Assembly (NCBI GenBank): GCA_033763315.1
Contig: JANRKS010000028.1
Span: 1 to 64,000, forward strand
DNA from: Deltaproteobacteria bacterium
Lineage (GTDB): Bacteria > Myxococcota_A > Polyangia > Fen-1088
Length of the DNA stretch: 64,000 nt
Reading direction: 5' to 3'
Below, in pieces: positions 63,401-64,000 of this stretch. The position numbers and the translations under genes were made by a program. The notes under the pieces are model-generated. The model saw nothing but the letters and a program-made list of their open reading frames with translations. It made no database searches and was not told where the DNA came from. Positions within the stretch are counted from its first letter, which is position 1; each line of letters begins with the position of its first letter.

Positions 63401-64000
63401 GATGAACTGGTCTTCGCCATTGACCGATAGGCGCCCCAGTTGCGCGGGTGGTTGCATCGACAGGCGCCAACTGCGGGACAGCGTGCCGTTGATGTTGTCG
63501 CGCACGGTGAACGCGGCGCCATCGAAGTCGAGCCATAGCTGCCGCGACAGTGACAACCGATCTGGCAACGGTGGTTCGTTGCCACGCTGATGTTGTACAA
63601 GCTTAAGCGTGGCGCCTGGTTCAACGGCGTAGGTTGGCAGCGCCTTCCACTCATCGGGCAGCGTGGTTTGCTGCGGATCAATCGCAGGCACACCTTCAAT
63701 AGTGACCGAGCGAACCGCGGGAGCCGCTGCAAAAACCCACGCCTCTTCGCCTTCTTTCCATGGACCCTCGGGTGCGGGGCGCACCACGCTCTCAACCTGA
63801 GCCACGTTGCGTGCCACAAGTTCGATCGTCCATTGCCCTGGCCGCACCTGCGTGCGCAAACGCCCATCGGGTTCGATGCGCACCGGCAAGCCGCTGCTGA
63901 GCGACAGCGGCACGAAGCCCTCTGGCAACGCCCGACCCAGCACCAATTCGCGGCTCTTGCCTGACACGGCCAGCGTGACCCGCGTGGTGAGCAACACGGG
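60440..64000 (-). CDS. Large hypothetical membrane protein (5' end off window, more than 1185 aa)
   Basis: Uninterrupted ORF to the window edge, alternating beta-rich soluble regions and two TM clusters. Confidence 0.85.
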   Translation of the reverse strand, partial: PVLLTTRVTLAVSGKSRELVLGRALPEGFVPLSLSSGLPVRIEPDGRLRTQVRPGQWTIELVARNVAQVESVVRPAPEGPWKEGEEAWVFAAAPAVRSVTIEGVPAIDPQQTTLPDEWKALPTYAVEPGATLKLVQHQRGNEPPLPDRLSLSRQLWLDFDGAAFTVRDNINGTLSRSWRLSMQPPAQLGRLSVNGEDQFITTLGDNKQSGGLWGAEIRVQNARIEADSRVPRTGMTIPAVAWHQDFDSLSGQVHLGPGWKLLFGAGADHVNGSWVQAWSLLDLFLLLIVAVSVQRLYGYRVGAVAFAALLLSLNEGDAPAWVWLAVVIAEALLRLVPPGKLAWVPRVLRLGSWAVWLFIFVPFAAQDLRLALHPAATRSGGWSIPMPGAAPAPAAVQQYAKMQADAPAAEPEEIEESVEGRVVESVGAGAPAANSLHGLYGRKRDSFSKRNAQTTQNLAVWDKSVVVQTGPGIPSWQWDTISFSYNGPVQADQSLSLWLLPPWLTSFLAILRVVLLAALAFLMFKRHRLSLASVAIAMPFILLALVPSRALADEPAPVAPPADVLETLKQRLVRPPTCSPHCATVDELQVDASAQLLKLRFTVSALARAAVALPGQPDGWLPSQVRVNNQAAVALSRDDKGVLWAVVNEGANVIEMQGAFPAKESLSLTLPVIPKFTRARLQGVQLEGLRTDGQASETLQFTRVVAAAESKGKDAAGADGVVPLLLVRREITLGLRWTTHTTVERLGESIAPVLADIPLLPGESVTSAGVVLATNGRAVALNLSPGTASATWDATLSQQLALTLKAPSADRVFVEEWQVAAAPMWHVDVQGIPTLRGEGNTDAQRMWLWRPWPNESVSLAITRPSGVEGQTLTIDNSSATYSPGPRSTQVNLQWQSRTSRGREHVITLPAGAVLSALSINGTSTPVRSSSTQHATQVTLTLVPGANSLVMDWRYPAGHAFAFKPAAVNLGVKSTNASTVVQLRSAGRWVLWTAGPLLGPAVFFWSYLLVLVALGYVLARTKLSPLSMLDWALLGLGLVQVGLPAVAFVSGFFLLLGWRLRIRRPARAWAYNFTQLTFVLWTGIAAVLVFAAIRAGLLESPDMQVMGNGSDETLLRWYSDQALATLPQPLVISVPLFVYRIAMMAWALWLALALLRWSRWVWAAFLSQGLWKPMRKAKVVPKVEDGA

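Overview
GC-rich (roughly 60-65% by eye) bacterial chromosomal segment. Gene content and order suggest a Myxococcota/Deltaproteobacteria genome (inference). Most of it is core genome: clpS-clpA, ppk1, pepP, the yceD-rpmF-plsX-fabH-fabD-fabG-acpP-fabF cluster, alr-mlaEFD, a tRNA-Ser/Ser/Arg cluster, tig-clpP-clpX/lon, a hybrid kinase with an HD-GYP regulator, apaG, tsaE, an OmpA-family protein, pgi and tal. Small accessory blocks lie between these. Most notable observations: (1) a candidate sigma54-driven three-gene lipoprotein operon (53874-55730) in which a putative Tat-exported ferritin-like di-iron lipoprotein is followed by a stand-alone paralog of its own Cys-rich N-terminal domain; (2) a 571-aa protein built from eight tandem 4-Cys zinc ribbons, one split by an acidic/poly-Arg insert; (3) plsX has no canonical start before its conserved motif and appears to start at an ATA overlapping the rpmF stop; (4) a DUF72-Ku-MerR/TPR-GT2/TPR block with no ligD in the window; (5) an AAA+/DUF4143 cassette with a doubled palindromic operator; (6) many genes with a -10 box directly before the start codon and no SD, suggesting leaderless mRNAs. 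No CRISPR array, rRNA, integrase or transposase was recognised. All family calls come from motif recognition by eye; no database searches were run.
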